A stretch of 64,000 nt of DNA. Source: Tetramitus jugosus. Taxonomy: Eukaryota > Protista > Heterolobosea. Within the stretch, counting starts at the first letter, position 1. Each line of letters opens with the position of its first letter. Positions 21,877-33,494 of this stretch are shown one piece after another. Position numbers and translations under genes: made by a program. Where the stretch lies: the NCBI GenBank assembly GCA_937625935.1, contig OW569345.1, positions 248,001-312,000 of the forward strand, in the 5' to 3' direction. Under the pieces are notes generated by a model. The model was given only the letters and a program-made list of their open reading frames with translations. It did no database searches and was not told where the DNA came from.

Positions 21877-24177
21877 TTAACTATTTATTTCGAGAGGGTC
21901 TAACTGCTCCCTTCTTTTGGCTCTGAATTCTTCAATCTTTTTGGTCAAAAGAGTGATTGGAGGTTCCTCCACACCACGAATCAACCACACAAGAGCCCCA
22001 GAACTCAAACACAGAAGGGCACAGAACAAGCACATTATGTTGTAACCAAAATTTGGAGTAGTAACGAACTTCTTCTCATTCAATGATTGACCAATCTTTA
22101 ACAACAAACCGCCAACAGGAGAGCTCAGCATGATGGCTAGATTATGCGAAAGGTGGAAGAGAGCAAGTCCAGTTGCAGATTCTTTCTTATCTATTATGTC
22201 ATTGGCAAGAGCTAGATTACTTCCATAGAAACTTCCGAGCCCTGCTCCTACGGGTACTCCAAAAGCCACTACACTTCCATACTCATTAGAGAAGGCCATG
22301 CCCATACAACCAATGAACATCAGAACACAAGACAAAGAAATAATGGGTCTTCGTCCTATTCGATCAGACAAGAAGCCGCCAATGACAGCAGAAGTCAATG
22401 CATTGACAACAGTGATAGAAACAAATATTGCTTGAGCTTGCTCGGCACTCTTGATGAGCTCCAGGTTGTTGAACAATCGATATCCGTTAGGCCCGATCTT
22501 GTCTTGGAAATAGAATAGGCCAAATACCTGCACTAAGCCAATCCCAAGCGCAAAGGTTGCTCTGGAAATACACAACCAAACGAAATTCCAATTCTTGAAA
22601 GGTTGAAAGAATTCGGCAAGAAATCTCAATGCCTGGGCTAAACATAATTTTACAGCAGCCCACTTTTCTTCTAAACCATCTACTCTATTGTCTTGGATAT
22701 CTGGATTTTGAGGTAGTATCATGATTGGATCATTGGGAAAAGAATTTGATGTTGTTGAATCGTCAGCATTCTGATTTGTTGATAGCATGACAGGATACAG
22801 TAACTGGGGATCTTCTGTAGGTATCGATGAAGATACAACAGAGAATTGATCATTGGATTCAATAGTTTGTTGCATGTAAGTTTGTTTTGGTACAGACTCC
22901 ATTTCCATGTTTTGAACATTCGCTCCAAGGTTGGTGTACTCTTCTTCAGGAGAGTACTCCACCATGTGTCTCCTAAATTGTGTAAACAATCCCATATCAA
23001 ACGAGAAGTGATCACTATAATGAGCGATTGGCTCCCGGAACAATACCATGTACAAGACACCGGTTATCATGACACCAACAGCGAAAAACAGTAGAACGAT
23101 GTATCCTGGAACAACACTGTCGTACAAGAATCCGAACACTGCCACACCGAGGCACGTACTCAAAGTTGTCATAAAACTGTTCAGCCCACTAAGGAGTCCA
23201 ATCTGAGACACAGGGAACATGTCCTTGAACAGACCATAGTAGCAACTCCAGACAGTTTGAGATACCACTTCTCCAAACATGTACACCACTGTGGCTAGGG
23301 ACAGCATACCATTCGGTGTAAATTCGAAAACATTGAACTCCTCAGTCACAAAAATTCGAACCAGAAAGGTTAGGCCGAATAGTATACTAGCTACCATCAT
23401 GATGGGAAAACGACTGCCATATGGCGATTTAAAGTGGTCAGAAAAATGACCAGCAATTGGACCTGTTATCATTGCTGTCGTCATTGTTAGACCTCCCACA
23501 ATAGCAAGAGCTGTTGTCTTGGAACCACCTCCCACCAGATTCATCACTTGAACCGGATTTAGAACAGCCCTCATAAAATTGAATGCAGCAGAGAAGATGA
23601 GCGGTAAGAAGGCAAAGAGCAATAGACGAGGAACTGGTACCTTTGGTTCTTCGTTTCCAGTCATGGATGGAATGGATTCTGGTTGTATTTGATCCTCTAA
23701 ACACTCTGAGGGATGATACTGGGATTGTGGATAAAGTGATTGTTCCATATCATGATATTCTTGCTCCTGATTTGTTTGTGTTAATACTAACGAATGATGC
23801 GGTATTTGTTGTAATGTGTCGAACGATGCAGGAGGTGGTGGTGTTGCAATGTTTGCGGCGTTGGTCTCTATGTTGGTTGTTGATGGATGTGTGGTCGTTG
23901 GGGGTGATTTTTCAATCGAATCCTTGATGTCATCATTGTATGCACTCTGTTGTATGTTTATAGTTGGAGAAATGTCACTATTACTGTGTGGTGTTGAGCA
24001 AAGGATGTCTTCTGTAGATGACGATTCCACTTCCATTGGTGCCACAAGTGTCTGAGACAGAATCTCGACCTTCTTTGAGTCACTTGATTGAGCAGTTTCG
24101 TTGCAGGAATAATCTTGAATGATGTGGAGTGTTGATTGGCCAGAGGAGCCACTCAAATTTGATTCTACTGATACCAT
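21877..24177 (-). CDS. MFS transporter
   Basis: About 12 hydrophobic segments; motifs GHFSDH...GSRFP and GFLSDRIGRRP. Confidence 0.85.
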   Translation of the reverse strand: MVSVESNLSGSSGQSTLHIIQDYSCNETAQSSDSKKVEILSQTLVAPMEVESSSTEDILCSTPHSNSDISPTINIQQSAYNDDIKDSIEKSPPTTTHPSTTNIETNAANIATPPPPASFDTLQQIPHHSLVLTQTNQEQEYHDMEQSLYPQSQYHPSECLEDQIQPESIPSMTGNEEPKVPVPRLLLFAFLPLIFSAAFNFMRAVLNPVQVMNLVGGGSKTTALAIVGGLTMTTAMITGPIAGHFSDHFKSPYGSRFPIMMVASILFGLTFLVRIFVTEEFNVFEFTPNGMLSLATVVYMFGEVVSQTVWSCYYGLFKDMFPVSQIGLLSGLNSFMTTLSTCLGVAVFGFLYDSVVPGYIVLLFFAVGVMITGVLYMVLFREPIAHYSDHFSFDMGLFTQFRRHMVEYSPEEEYTNLGANVQNMEMESVPKQTYMQQTIESNDQFSVVSSSIPTEDPQLLYPVMLSTNQNADDSTTSNSFPNDPIMILPQNPDIQDNRVDGLEEKWAAVKLCLAQALRFLAEFFQPFKNWNFVWLCISRATFALGIGLVQVFGLFYFQDKIGPNGYRLFNNLELIKSAEQAQAIFVSITVVNALTSAVIGGFLSDRIGRRPIISLSCVLMFIGCMGMAFSNEYGSVVAFGVPVGAGLGSFYGSNLALANDIIDKKESATGLALFHLSHNLAIMLSSPVGGLLLKIGQSLNEKKFVTTPNFGYNIMCLFCALLCLSSGALVWLIRGVEEPPITLLTKKIEEFRAKRREQLDPLEINS

Positions 24178-24529
24178 TAATGATGTTATTGCTTATCGTT
24201 TCAGAGTTCATATACAAGGGTTGACCTGAAAAAGAATTCTTGGAAAACTACTTCTCGGAGTGATGTCGAGTTACTAAGAGATATCAGAGATTGATTTTGT
24301 TTTGATTGTTATTACTATGAGGCAAGTGTTCACAGGCGGAATGGAAGAGGGGCCCAACCAAATACAAATAAAATATGTCAGATATAAAAAGTTTAAAAAA
24401 CGCCGCAGCGGAATTTTGAGTCTTCCCATTGTATCAAAATCAAGTGCGATCAATCTATTTTGTCCTATGCTCCGGTGAAGTTTTTCAAATAACTGCGCCA
24501 CTGTCTGGTAAAAAGCAATACTGTGGATC

Positions 24530-25117
24530 ATGTATGGGAATCTGTCACGTCGAGTGATCAAACCTCAATACTTGAGGCAACTAGGAAGGAGTGTGGGTAG
24601 ATCCATGAGAGGAACGTCCTTTCGTAGTGCAGTTGGATCTGGCCGAAGAAGAGCAGCCTCTGTCACCAGGAGAAAGAAAGTCACTGTTCCAACCAAGAAA
24701 AAGTCAACCGAATTAATCGAAGAGGCTGATCATCATAAATTGGGTCAACCTTGCGTGCAGGACGAGAACAGAGAAAAATCAAATACAAAACAAGCTACAA
24801 TCGATGAGAGCTCACTCTCGAGAACAGAAAAGAAAGAAGAAGTGAAAATCAACTCAACAACGAGAACTGAAACAGTGGAAAAAATGAAATTCTATGACAA
24901 AGTGGAACGTGAAGGGAACAATTTTGAAGGAAAGCAGGAGAAAGGCAAGAAAGAAAAAAGAACATCCAAGACCTCAAAGAAAGCAAACCTGAGTGGAAGT
25001 GAAGACGAATACGAAGAATGGTTCGACATCATTCATCACTTGGCAGATCATGGTATGAAAGAAATGAAACACCTTCAGAAGCATTTTGCAAGAGAGGAAG
25101 CCAAGAACACTTTGTAA
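24530..25117 (+). CDS. Hypothetical basic/charged protein
   Basis: 195-aa ORF; no family recognised. Confidence 0.5.
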   Translation: MYGNLSRRVIKPQYLRQLGRSVGRSMRGTSFRSAVGSGRRRAASVTRRKKVTVPTKKKSTELIEEADHHKLGQPCVQDENREKSNTKQATIDESSLSRTEKKEEVKINSTTRTETVEKMKFYDKVEREGNNFEGKQEKGKKEKRTSKTSKKANLSGSEDEYEEWFDIIHHLADHGMKEMKHLQKHFAREEAKNTL

Positions 25118-25326
25118 AGTATCGACAATTTGTACATAAGATTCTCATAATTAATTCAAAACAAATGAATCCATAGCCATGTTTTGTCAGGCTGTCAACC
25201 CCTTGACTTGGATCAAAGGGACCTATTGAGTTTTGTAACAAATTTTCCGCAGCGAAGAACGGAACTTTCCAGGGGCGAACAGAAGGAAAAACAACAACAT
25301 CGTTCGTTCCCAGAAAAAAAACAAAA

Positions 25327-26289
25327 ATGACTGCTGCTCGTGTGGTTATTGCTCTACTGTTAATAAGTGCTCTGTTGTTGCTGACATCATCTTTGAATGT
25401 GCTCAGTACTCCATCCGTAGCAAACTCATCGCTACTCCTTAAGAAGAAGAATTGTCAACGTTCGTGCTTCGCTGTTCGTTCTGAGAAGCAGTGTATCAAG
25501 AAGTGTCTCTCTGAGAAGATTACCAAGAAAAACAAAATTCAAAGCTTGAGTGATTCTTCAATGGCTATCGGTGCTAGCTTGCAAGTCGTCAGCAAAAATC
25601 CATGGGAATATGAAGGTGTGGAGATTGCTATGCGTAAAGGTCCTTGTGGCTCGTACGAACTCGCGACATTTGTGCCAGTGGGCGGAGTCGTGACCTACAA
25701 TGGACAGTTCCAAAAAGGATGTGGTGCCACATGGGTCTCTGTCACAACTCATCGTGGTGGTATCAGCGGATACATTCCTAGTGATTTCTTGATAGAGATT
25801 AATCCTGCGAATGGCCATGGTGCCATGTGTAAGCCTGTGGTTCATCCAAAGTTTAGCCAATGTGACAAGGGTTGGGGGTACGACAAGATGAGCGGTGAGA
25901 AGACCTTGTGTCATGGAGGATGTGTGGTTTCTGCTATTGCCTCTGCTCTTGCTTCGAGGAAGAAGAAGATTGGTGGAGCAGACGCAACTCCTGGTACTTT
26001 GAATGCTTGGTTGAAGGCAAACAAGGGTTACTTGAAGGATGATTTGGTGAACTTTAATGCCTTGGCACCTCTGGGTCTCAAGTTTGATCGTTTCACAAAG
26101 GATGAAAAGGAAATCAAGACCAGTTTGTGCGCTGGCGACGTTGTATTGCTGAATGTGAGATTTGGAAAGCACTGGGTATTGGGAGAAGGTGTTCAAGGAA
26201 GAGAATACTTTGTTGTTGATCCTTCTTATGCTGGCAATACTTACTCATTTATCGATGTTGAGGGTGCTGTCATCCTTGCTAAAGTGTAA
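25327..26289 (+). CDS. Secreted protein: signal peptide + bacterial-type SH3 + C39-like cysteine peptidase
   Basis: Hydrophobic N-terminus; SH3b-like MRKGP...WVSV...GYIPSDFL; peptidase-like FSQCDKGW...GCVVSAIA...HWVL...VVDP. Confidence 0.75.
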   Translation: MTAARVVIALLLISALLLLTSSLNVLSTPSVANSSLLLKKKNCQRSCFAVRSEKQCIKKCLSEKITKKNKIQSLSDSSMAIGASLQVVSKNPWEYEGVEIAMRKGPCGSYELATFVPVGGVVTYNGQFQKGCGATWVSVTTHRGGISGYIPSDFLIEINPANGHGAMCKPVVHPKFSQCDKGWGYDKMSGEKTLCHGGCVVSAIASALASRKKKIGGADATPGTLNAWLKANKGYLKDDLVNFNALAPLGLKFDRFTKDEKEIKTSLCAGDVVLLNVRFGKHWVLGEGVQGREYFVVDPSYAGNTYSFIDVEGAVILAKV

Positions 26290-26451
26290 AGTGCCTTCTT
26301 CTGTCATTTACATTCTTTTCAGCTTTACTCTTCTTGGCCATTTTTTCGAGCGAGAACCCCTTTCTTGGAACATTCCCCTTTCGCTGCTTCCAGTTCAATG
26401 ACCCCGAGCATAGCTAAAGATTTCGCGAAACAAACAAAGCAAACAACAAAC

Positions 26452-28107
26452 ATGGACAGTGAGTACTATGAGATGCATCGTGATGACAATCTCATCCATG
26501 ATGATGGTTCTCATCCTCCATCAATTCTGACCAACAAACATGAAAAGTCTCATCATCATCACAACATGATGGTTTATGGAGATGGCAACGGTGACTTTGA
26601 GCATCATCACCATGACAGTGACCATCATCATCACAATGACCTGAGTCATCATAGCGATCATCATCACCTACCACTCGTTACCAACATTGAAGAAGAAATG
26701 GACAATTTTCATGAGATGAATGTGCCACCCAGCGCGCACCACGCCAAGAACTATGCCATACAGAATATCATGTCACTTTTGATATTGTCTGTGATTGTAA
26801 TTACGTTGGGTGTGGCCATCATTTCCTCCATTTTCATCTACCCGGTTCTTCGAACCAAATTCAGTGTCATTTCAGATCACAAAATGGAGCAATTGGAGAA
26901 GACTGTTATTGTGTTGCATATTGGTGCATTTAGGCATGATTATCTGACAAAGTATGCTTCGAGTATACCGACCATTCTGAGCATTAGAGACAGAGGATTG
27001 AGTGTCGATGGAATACGGTCTGTTTTTCCCGCCACTTCACTCCCCAATGAATATACTGTAATGACGGGGTATTATCCGGAGAATCATGGCATGTTGGCGG
27101 ATAACATGTTTGACCGAGTGAAGAATGTGAGTTTTAGTGAGACGTGGAATGAGACTGATTGGTGGAGTGGAGCAGAGCCACTGTGGGTATCTATGAAGAA
27201 ATGGGGAAACTATTCTTCGTTTGTATATGATTGGAGCGGGTGCAACGTTCCTGGTATGAGTGCGACCCATGGTCAAGGATCAAGAGATGTGGAGCATGCA
27301 AGTTCCGTACAACCCAAGGTGGATGATTTGATTGAGCACTTTGAGAAGGATCTAGTATCGAAGAGTGACCACACACTGTTGTATGCAGTGGCACTCGAGA
27401 CCTTGACCGAACAAATGTACAATTTTGGTCCGTTTAGTGATGAAATTGCATCGATATTGGAGGTAATAGATCGCTCCATTGCAAATCTATTGAATGACAT
27501 TGCAATGATGAGAATTGATCCGTACAATGATCTAAACATTGTCATCACTTCTACATATGGATCCATGTCCCTGGATCATCAATGTTCTGTGCACATTAGC
27601 GAACTGTTGGGACCTCATGAACGATCCTTGTTTGTCATGCCAAACATGGGTCCTTATGTGGATTTGATTGCTCATAACGGCGTGTCTGCAGGTGAAATCA
27701 ACGCTGTCTACAACTCACTGAAACAAAAAGAAAGTCTAGGTTTCTATTCAGCGTACATGGGCGACCAATTACCTGCCAAGTTTCAGTACAATCATACTTG
27801 GCTCAGGCATCCAAACAGAGCACCCAACATTATTCTTGTGTCCAAGCCTCACTGTTCTGTGGTTACAGCATTCTATGAGTCCAATAATGGTGACAACGCC
27901 TTTGATCCCGACATTGATGACATGAAAGGCTTCCTGGTAGCTATTGGACCTAAATTCGTGAAGCGAGATCACCCCCTGAAGGGCTTTGACTCAGTTCACA
28001 TGTACTCGCTTTTGACTCACGTAATGGAGCTGAATAATACGAATAGCAAAGCTATGGATGCTTCTTTTGAGCATGTGAGGCATCTCTTTGCAGATTCCGA
28101 ACATTGA
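26452..28107 (+). CDS. ENPP/phosphodiesterase-fold type II membrane protein, probably catalytically inactive
   Basis: His-rich N-terminus and one TM; SVFPATSLPNEYTVMTGYYPENHGM, AEPLWV, DMKGFLVAIGPKF; metal-ligand motifs are altered. Confidence 0.8.
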   Translation: MDSEYYEMHRDDNLIHDDGSHPPSILTNKHEKSHHHHNMMVYGDGNGDFEHHHHDSDHHHHNDLSHHSDHHHLPLVTNIEEEMDNFHEMNVPPSAHHAKNYAIQNIMSLLILSVIVITLGVAIISSIFIYPVLRTKFSVISDHKMEQLEKTVIVLHIGAFRHDYLTKYASSIPTILSIRDRGLSVDGIRSVFPATSLPNEYTVMTGYYPENHGMLADNMFDRVKNVSFSETWNETDWWSGAEPLWVSMKKWGNYSSFVYDWSGCNVPGMSATHGQGSRDVEHASSVQPKVDDLIEHFEKDLVSKSDHTLLYAVALETLTEQMYNFGPFSDEIASILEVIDRSIANLLNDIAMMRIDPYNDLNIVITSTYGSMSLDHQCSVHISELLGPHERSLFVMPNMGPYVDLIAHNGVSAGEINAVYNSLKQKESLGFYSAYMGDQLPAKFQYNHTWLRHPNRAPNIILVSKPHCSVVTAFYESNNGDNAFDPDIDDMKGFLVAIGPKFVKRDHPLKGFDSVHMYSLLTHVMELNNTNSKAMDASFEHVRHLFADSEH

Positions 28108-28314
28108 ACTAATGTACAATAGCCTTTAGCGCGAATCCCTTTGGCCACACCATTTTTTTGGGTTTTGACTTCACTTTTTTCGTTACCCCCTTGTGATGTT
28201 CCTTTAATGTCGAGGCGTTTTGAGGAATGGACATTGGTAGTATAAAGCGAAAAATGTTTTATGCCATGAAACTTCCATTGAATTCAATACAACTAAAAAC
28301 GAAGTGAATACAAT

Positions 28315-29064
28315 ATGAAAACCTTTATCTCAGTTATTCTATTGGTCTTGAGCTTTGCCTTGCTCGTGTACTGTCAGGAAAGGAGTACATTAACAACTCC
28401 TGAAGTATCCTCCAATCCACCGGTTCCAATTGTAGCCACTCTAGGTGAGCCTGTTTCTTATGACCCTACGACTGCACCAACTTACAAGTTCCCTGTAGAT
28501 GACAATGGGAGTTTCATGCTTCTGACCTTCAAAGAAGAGTCTGTCACAGATCCATTCGAGTTTTCTGTTGTGAAACTATCTGAGAATCCTCATCCAGAGG
28601 TAATTATTGGTGCTGTGTTGGGATACTACATGTTTAGTATCAAGGGAGAAACGCCAGTTTCATTCAGTGGTGGTTCTATCCAGTTAATGATTCAAAATTT
28701 GGATCTATCCCAAGGAATGGACTACATTACATATAATGCGACTGAAAATATGTGGTACTCTTCAATGATGGTTCGTTCCAATGACATTATGGTGGCAGCA
28801 TTTAAGGGATCAAACGAACTCTACTTTGGATTCGTCGTACCAGAAGTCAAGATGATCTCTCCGCAACCATCGAGCCCAACAACTAGTCCGACTCAAGATG
28901 TCCCCAATCCTAGACAGAGTGGCGTCGATCAACCTAAAGAAAGCACTCACCCTCATGTCTCACCACCTGTGAAACAGGAAGTGTCAGCATCTTCCAGACA
29001 CATTGTTCAACTCTCCATGTTGCTAACTATTGGATTCCTTGCCCATAGTCTCTTCGGTTTGTAA
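28315..29064 (+). CDS. Putative GPI-anchored surface protein
   Basis: Signal peptide, P/S/T-rich stalk, small residues (SASS) then a hydrophobic C-terminus. Confidence 0.65.
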   Translation: MKTFISVILLVLSFALLVYCQERSTLTTPEVSSNPPVPIVATLGEPVSYDPTTAPTYKFPVDDNGSFMLLTFKEESVTDPFEFSVVKLSENPHPEVIIGAVLGYYMFSIKGETPVSFSGGSIQLMIQNLDLSQGMDYITYNATENMWYSSMMVRSNDIMVAAFKGSNELYFGFVVPEVKMISPQPSSPTTSPTQDVPNPRQSGVDQPKESTHPHVSPPVKQEVSASSRHIVQLSMLLTIGFLAHSLFGL

Positions 29065-29103
29065 ATAAATAGATGACACGAATACATTACCTTAACAAAA
29101 CTC

Positions 29104-29130
29104 TCGCGCCAAAATCTCTAGCCGCCAAAT
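29104..29130. promoter_or_regulatory. E2F-like sites TCGCGCCAAAA and GCCGCCAAAT
   Basis: Located 80-110 bp upstream of the cyclin-like ATG (29212). Confidence 0.4.
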
Positions 29131-29211
29131 TGTCGTGCATACAAAATTCTAGAAAAAGAAAGAAGTGCTCGAGCACATAACCCAGAAATCGAAAGAATTA
29201 CTGAACATCTA

Positions 29212-30186
29212 ATGGAGTACTTGTCATTCCAAAACTTGTCCTTTTCAGAGCTTGAGGCAGATATTGTTGAGAAATGGTCATTCCAATACCAAGATTACTA
29301 TTCCTTTGACAGCTTCATCCAATACTTGAAGGACATGAACAAATGGGTAGAATTCTTGTTTGAACAATCAAAAAAGTTTGAGGTCTCACCTAGAGCTAAG
29401 TTTGCCAGTGTTTACTACTTGTTCAGATACGTCAAGGAGTTGGAGAGAGACTTGAGTAAACAAAAGTTTGTAGTGGTTTTACTTCGAAGCTTATGTGATG
29501 TAACTTTTTGCTCACCTTAGGTCCTCACATTAGGTCAATGAGTGAAAAGATGATGGACCTTCACTTGATATGTTGTGCTTGCTTGATGCTAAGCTGCAAG
29601 AGATTTTGTGGCTTTACTCTCAGTGTTGACAGCTTGGTAGAAAATATGGGAAATCGATTCTCCCCGAAGGACTTCTATGCTTGTGGTAAGAAAACAATAG
29701 TTGGTTTGCAATTCCACACTCTGTGTAGCTAACACTGATTTGATAACAGAAATTGAGGTTTTCCAAACTCTGAGATACAACCTGAATGTGGTCGTATTCA
29801 CTGATTTCGTAGAGTTGTATCTTGCCTGTTTTTGGACCATTGTACCCAGGGTGTTGGAGGTGAATGTCCAGGAATTGCTCAACAAGTGTATTGCGTTGAC
29901 TGACTTGATTCACAATGATCCTCAGTTGTTAGTGACATCAGGAAGCATCAAACTACTGGCATGCGTTGTAATTGCTTCTTCCAGTCGCCTGATTACAGGT
30001 AAACCAGAGAGATCCGAGAGTCTGCTCTTGTGGTGTGCGTATAATGTTGATTGTTTCATTACAAGAACCAATACTAATACTAGTTGCATGGCAGTGTCAA
30101 ACATTTCCAAAGAAAAAGACAAAATCATCAAAGAAGGTGTCAACAAACTCTTGAATAATCTCTTGGATGATGCAACAAGCAAGTAA
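29212..30186 (+). CDS. Divergent cyclin (CYCJ18/CNTD1-like), 4 exons
   Basis: Introns 29456-29520, 29686-29749 and probably 30035-30094 give a continuous cyclin box: WVEFLFEQ, LHLICCACLMLSCK, CEIEVFQTLRYNL. Confidence 0.75.
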
Positions 30187-30242
30187 GGGAAACATAACAT
30201 TACAGGAGATTTTAATTGTGTATTATTAAAGAATTGAGTACA

Positions 30243-31911
30243 TTAGTTAACCTTGTTGATGATTGCGCTGTGAACATCACCCAACTTGGTTGCCCATTGA
30301 TGGATGGCTCTGTAACGAGAGGCAGTAGTACCCTTTGACTTCAATTGAATCATTTCGTTGATCTGATCAATGTAAGCATCTAGCTTTTGATCCAAAATGA
30401 GATCCACACAAAGCTTTTCAACCAACTGTACATCAATGTTCAACTCCTTGGCAACAAATGTCATTCTGATTCTCGTGTATGGAGTGATCAGAATGAGAAG
30501 AACCTTTGTTCTAATGTTCGTCAACAAATCGTCGATATAGTACTTGATGAAAGCATCCTCCAGAATACTTTGCTTATTCTGTCTCAAAATCTTCTCGAAT
30601 CTGTTGATGTCAGACTGTTGGTAGGAAGCAACAAGATCAGTCATCGCTGTAATCTCACTGTGATTCTTGTAAGGCTTGACTTCATTGGCATCGAAAGGAT
30701 TGATGTTGGATCCCATCAGCATATTGGCCAAAACGAGGTACTTCAAGCACTGGATACGTCTAGGGTTACCTGCCTCATCATAACTCTTGAATGCCTCAAA
30801 CAAATCTTCATGAGCCATGGCCCACTTCTTATCTCTCATGTACATCTTACCACCGCACTCTCTGATGACACCGGTGACTCTTGGATTCAACACGACTGCA
30901 CCTGAAGACAATGAAATACACTTCTTGTACAGTACTTCCAACTTCTTTAGTTCCTCGCGCTCAGAATACATTTGAATCTCCAACACGTAGACATCCAACA
31001 ATTGACTTGACTTTTTGGAGTCTTCCTTGCCTTGTTCGTTCAAACACCACACCTTCAACTCATCGATACACTGTTGCAATCTTTGATAGTCCTTCATGTC
31101 GAAGAACACCTTTCCTTGCTTGAGCTTAGTGTTGAACCACAATTTCTGTTCATTTGGATTTCGTTCGTATATTCGTGTCGTTAGTCAAAAACTACACACT
31201 CTCACATCAAATAACAAAAAACAACTTTGGGACAACAACAACAATAGAGTAGTAAAAAAAAACAATAGTAACACTCACCTCATTGTTGGCCTCCTTGAGC
31301 GCATCCAACGTAATTTGATAAATATTGCTCAACAGTTTCTGATCAGTCGATGTCGTAGACACGAGTGACAAGATATTGTTGATTGATTTTTCACTGTCAT
31401 TTCGACTCACAACACTCATGTAACCCAACAATTGCTTATACTTTTCAATCATCTCCTCATACTTTCCATGCTTGAAATAAGCTTTTATAATTTGTTTGAG
31501 TGTTTTGAAGCCCCATTGACCCTTCTCCTCTTCCATATCAAGCACAAGATTGAACAATTCAATCGCTTCGTCCAAATCAGTGTTGATTGAACCCTTGGCA
31601 GAGTAGTAAGTGTTTTCCATGGTGGTCTGAATGTCTTCGTCCTCTTCTTCCTCATCTTCATCACCGTCGACAATCATGTCGTCACTGCCTACATTGTCAT
31701 CATCATCACCACCACTGATATCGTCACCTACGTCGATATCGTCTGATCCGACATCAATTTCTTCTTCGTCTTCGTCCTAGGGGAGAAAAAAAAATTGTAA
31801 GCTTTTTTTGTTGTTGTGTGCTTGTGTTTTGGACAAGAGAAAAAATGTGCTTCTTTTTTTTAACCGCAACAAGTAACTTACAATAATAATATTATCTTCG
31901 TCGTCTGACAT
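30243..31911 (-). CDS. CSN2: COP9 signalosome subunit 2, 3 exons
   Basis: ENTYYSAK, WGFKTLKQ, LWFNTKLK, GVIRECGGKM, AFKSYDEAGNPRRIQCLKYLVLANML, PCI domain. Introns 31777-31881 and 31146-31278. Confidence 0.93.
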
Positions 31912-32131
31912 GTTGTTGTTGCGTTAGAGGGTGGAAAAAAAATGATTTGCTGGTTGTTGCTTTTTTGCTTTTTTTTTGGGTTGTTGTGGTTTTTTGGACC
32001 ATGAAAGTTCCTCTCAAGCGATCACTTTGTACGAGTTCATCGGAACAAGTTCCTCATCAAAAATTACAAAACAAATTGTGTCGGTGAAATAAATAATGTA
32101 TTGGGATGTGAGTTGGTGGTGGGTGGTGTTG

Positions 32132-33494
32132 TTACATGAGATGCAGCTGACGAGCTAAATTACTCCATTGAGAACGGTCCTCAGTTGGTTCTTGTTGTTG
32201 TGTTTGCTCTGTTGCAGCCAAAGATTCGAGTTGTACTTCTTGTTGCAGATTCATAAGGGCAATTTCTTTCAAGTCAGGATCGTCATCATCGCCTCCTTCT
32301 TGCTGTAGATTATGATCTGCGTCCTTGGTTTCCAGGAGAACAGGATTTGGTTCTGTTGTTTCTGACCGTGGAGACTTAGCGTCAGTGTCTTGCAATGGAT
32401 AGGGAACGACCTGAGGCACACGGACAATAGGCGATGGAGGCATAAGTGCTTCCATGTGGAATACAGAATGAGCAAACTCTGCAATATCCGTGATCACTAG
32501 TGGATACGCATTTCCATATCCTGTGTGCAGACCAATGATTGACAAATGGTTGGTTTTTGAGTTCAAATACCTCTTTCTGATAAATCGTCTCGGATCATTC
32601 AGCACTTCCACAAAATCAACCGTCTGCAAGTCCAATCCCCAATCATTCTCTGCATTGAGACACAAGAACGGTGGCAACGGATCACTGTCTACTATTTTCT
32701 GTCTCAATTTTCGCAACATCTCAAGCGGCGATGCAGCATCATAATTGTTCAATTGAGGATGCCGAATGAACGCCGGTTCGACAATGTATCGATTCACAAG
32801 ATATCCCATGGTACTCAACCGATTCAAATCATAAACGGCACTAATCGGTACACATCCCTTGATAAAATCACTTGGAAACGAATAATCAAACTCATTCATA
32901 TCTTCAAACAACTCTCTGCACGCGATAAACAAGGTACACATGGTTACCAAGTGACCACCTGCACTGTGACCACACACCATGACCCGATTCGGATCACCAG
33001 TGTACTGTGCAATATTTTCATGAACAAAGCGAAAGGCGTGCAACACGTCCAACATGTGCCCCGGATGCTTCACTTCAGGCGACAATCGATACGAAATATT
33101 CACCACTACAAACTCCATGTTGCAACACAGTTGAGCACAAAACTAAGTTTACATATATTCAATGACATATGTGAGCTAACAACATTTCCATTAATTACAA
33201 AATCAAAACACAACAAAAAAAACACAATGAACGAACCTTATTGTACGTGTCGAACCAACGATGATTTCGGTCTCCTCTCCTCCAACTGCCACCATGAGCA
33301 AATATCAACACTGGAAATAATTTTGGCTGCTTATCCTCCTCTGTCCTCTTTGGCACAAAGATATTGAGGCAGTGCTTGAGATGACCAGAGTCCTTGTATG
33401 GTATGTCCTTGTGGATATAGATGGTTGAGTTGGCGTCCGCTTCTGTGACATTGTCTTTCCAGAATGTGTTCTTGATTGCTTTGGCCAAATACAT
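32132..33494 (-). CDS. Alpha/beta hydrolase (HSL-family esterase/arylformamidase-like), 2 or more exons
   Basis: HGGSW oxyanion motif and GHSAGGHL nucleophile elbow; intron 33143-33236. Confidence 0.85.
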
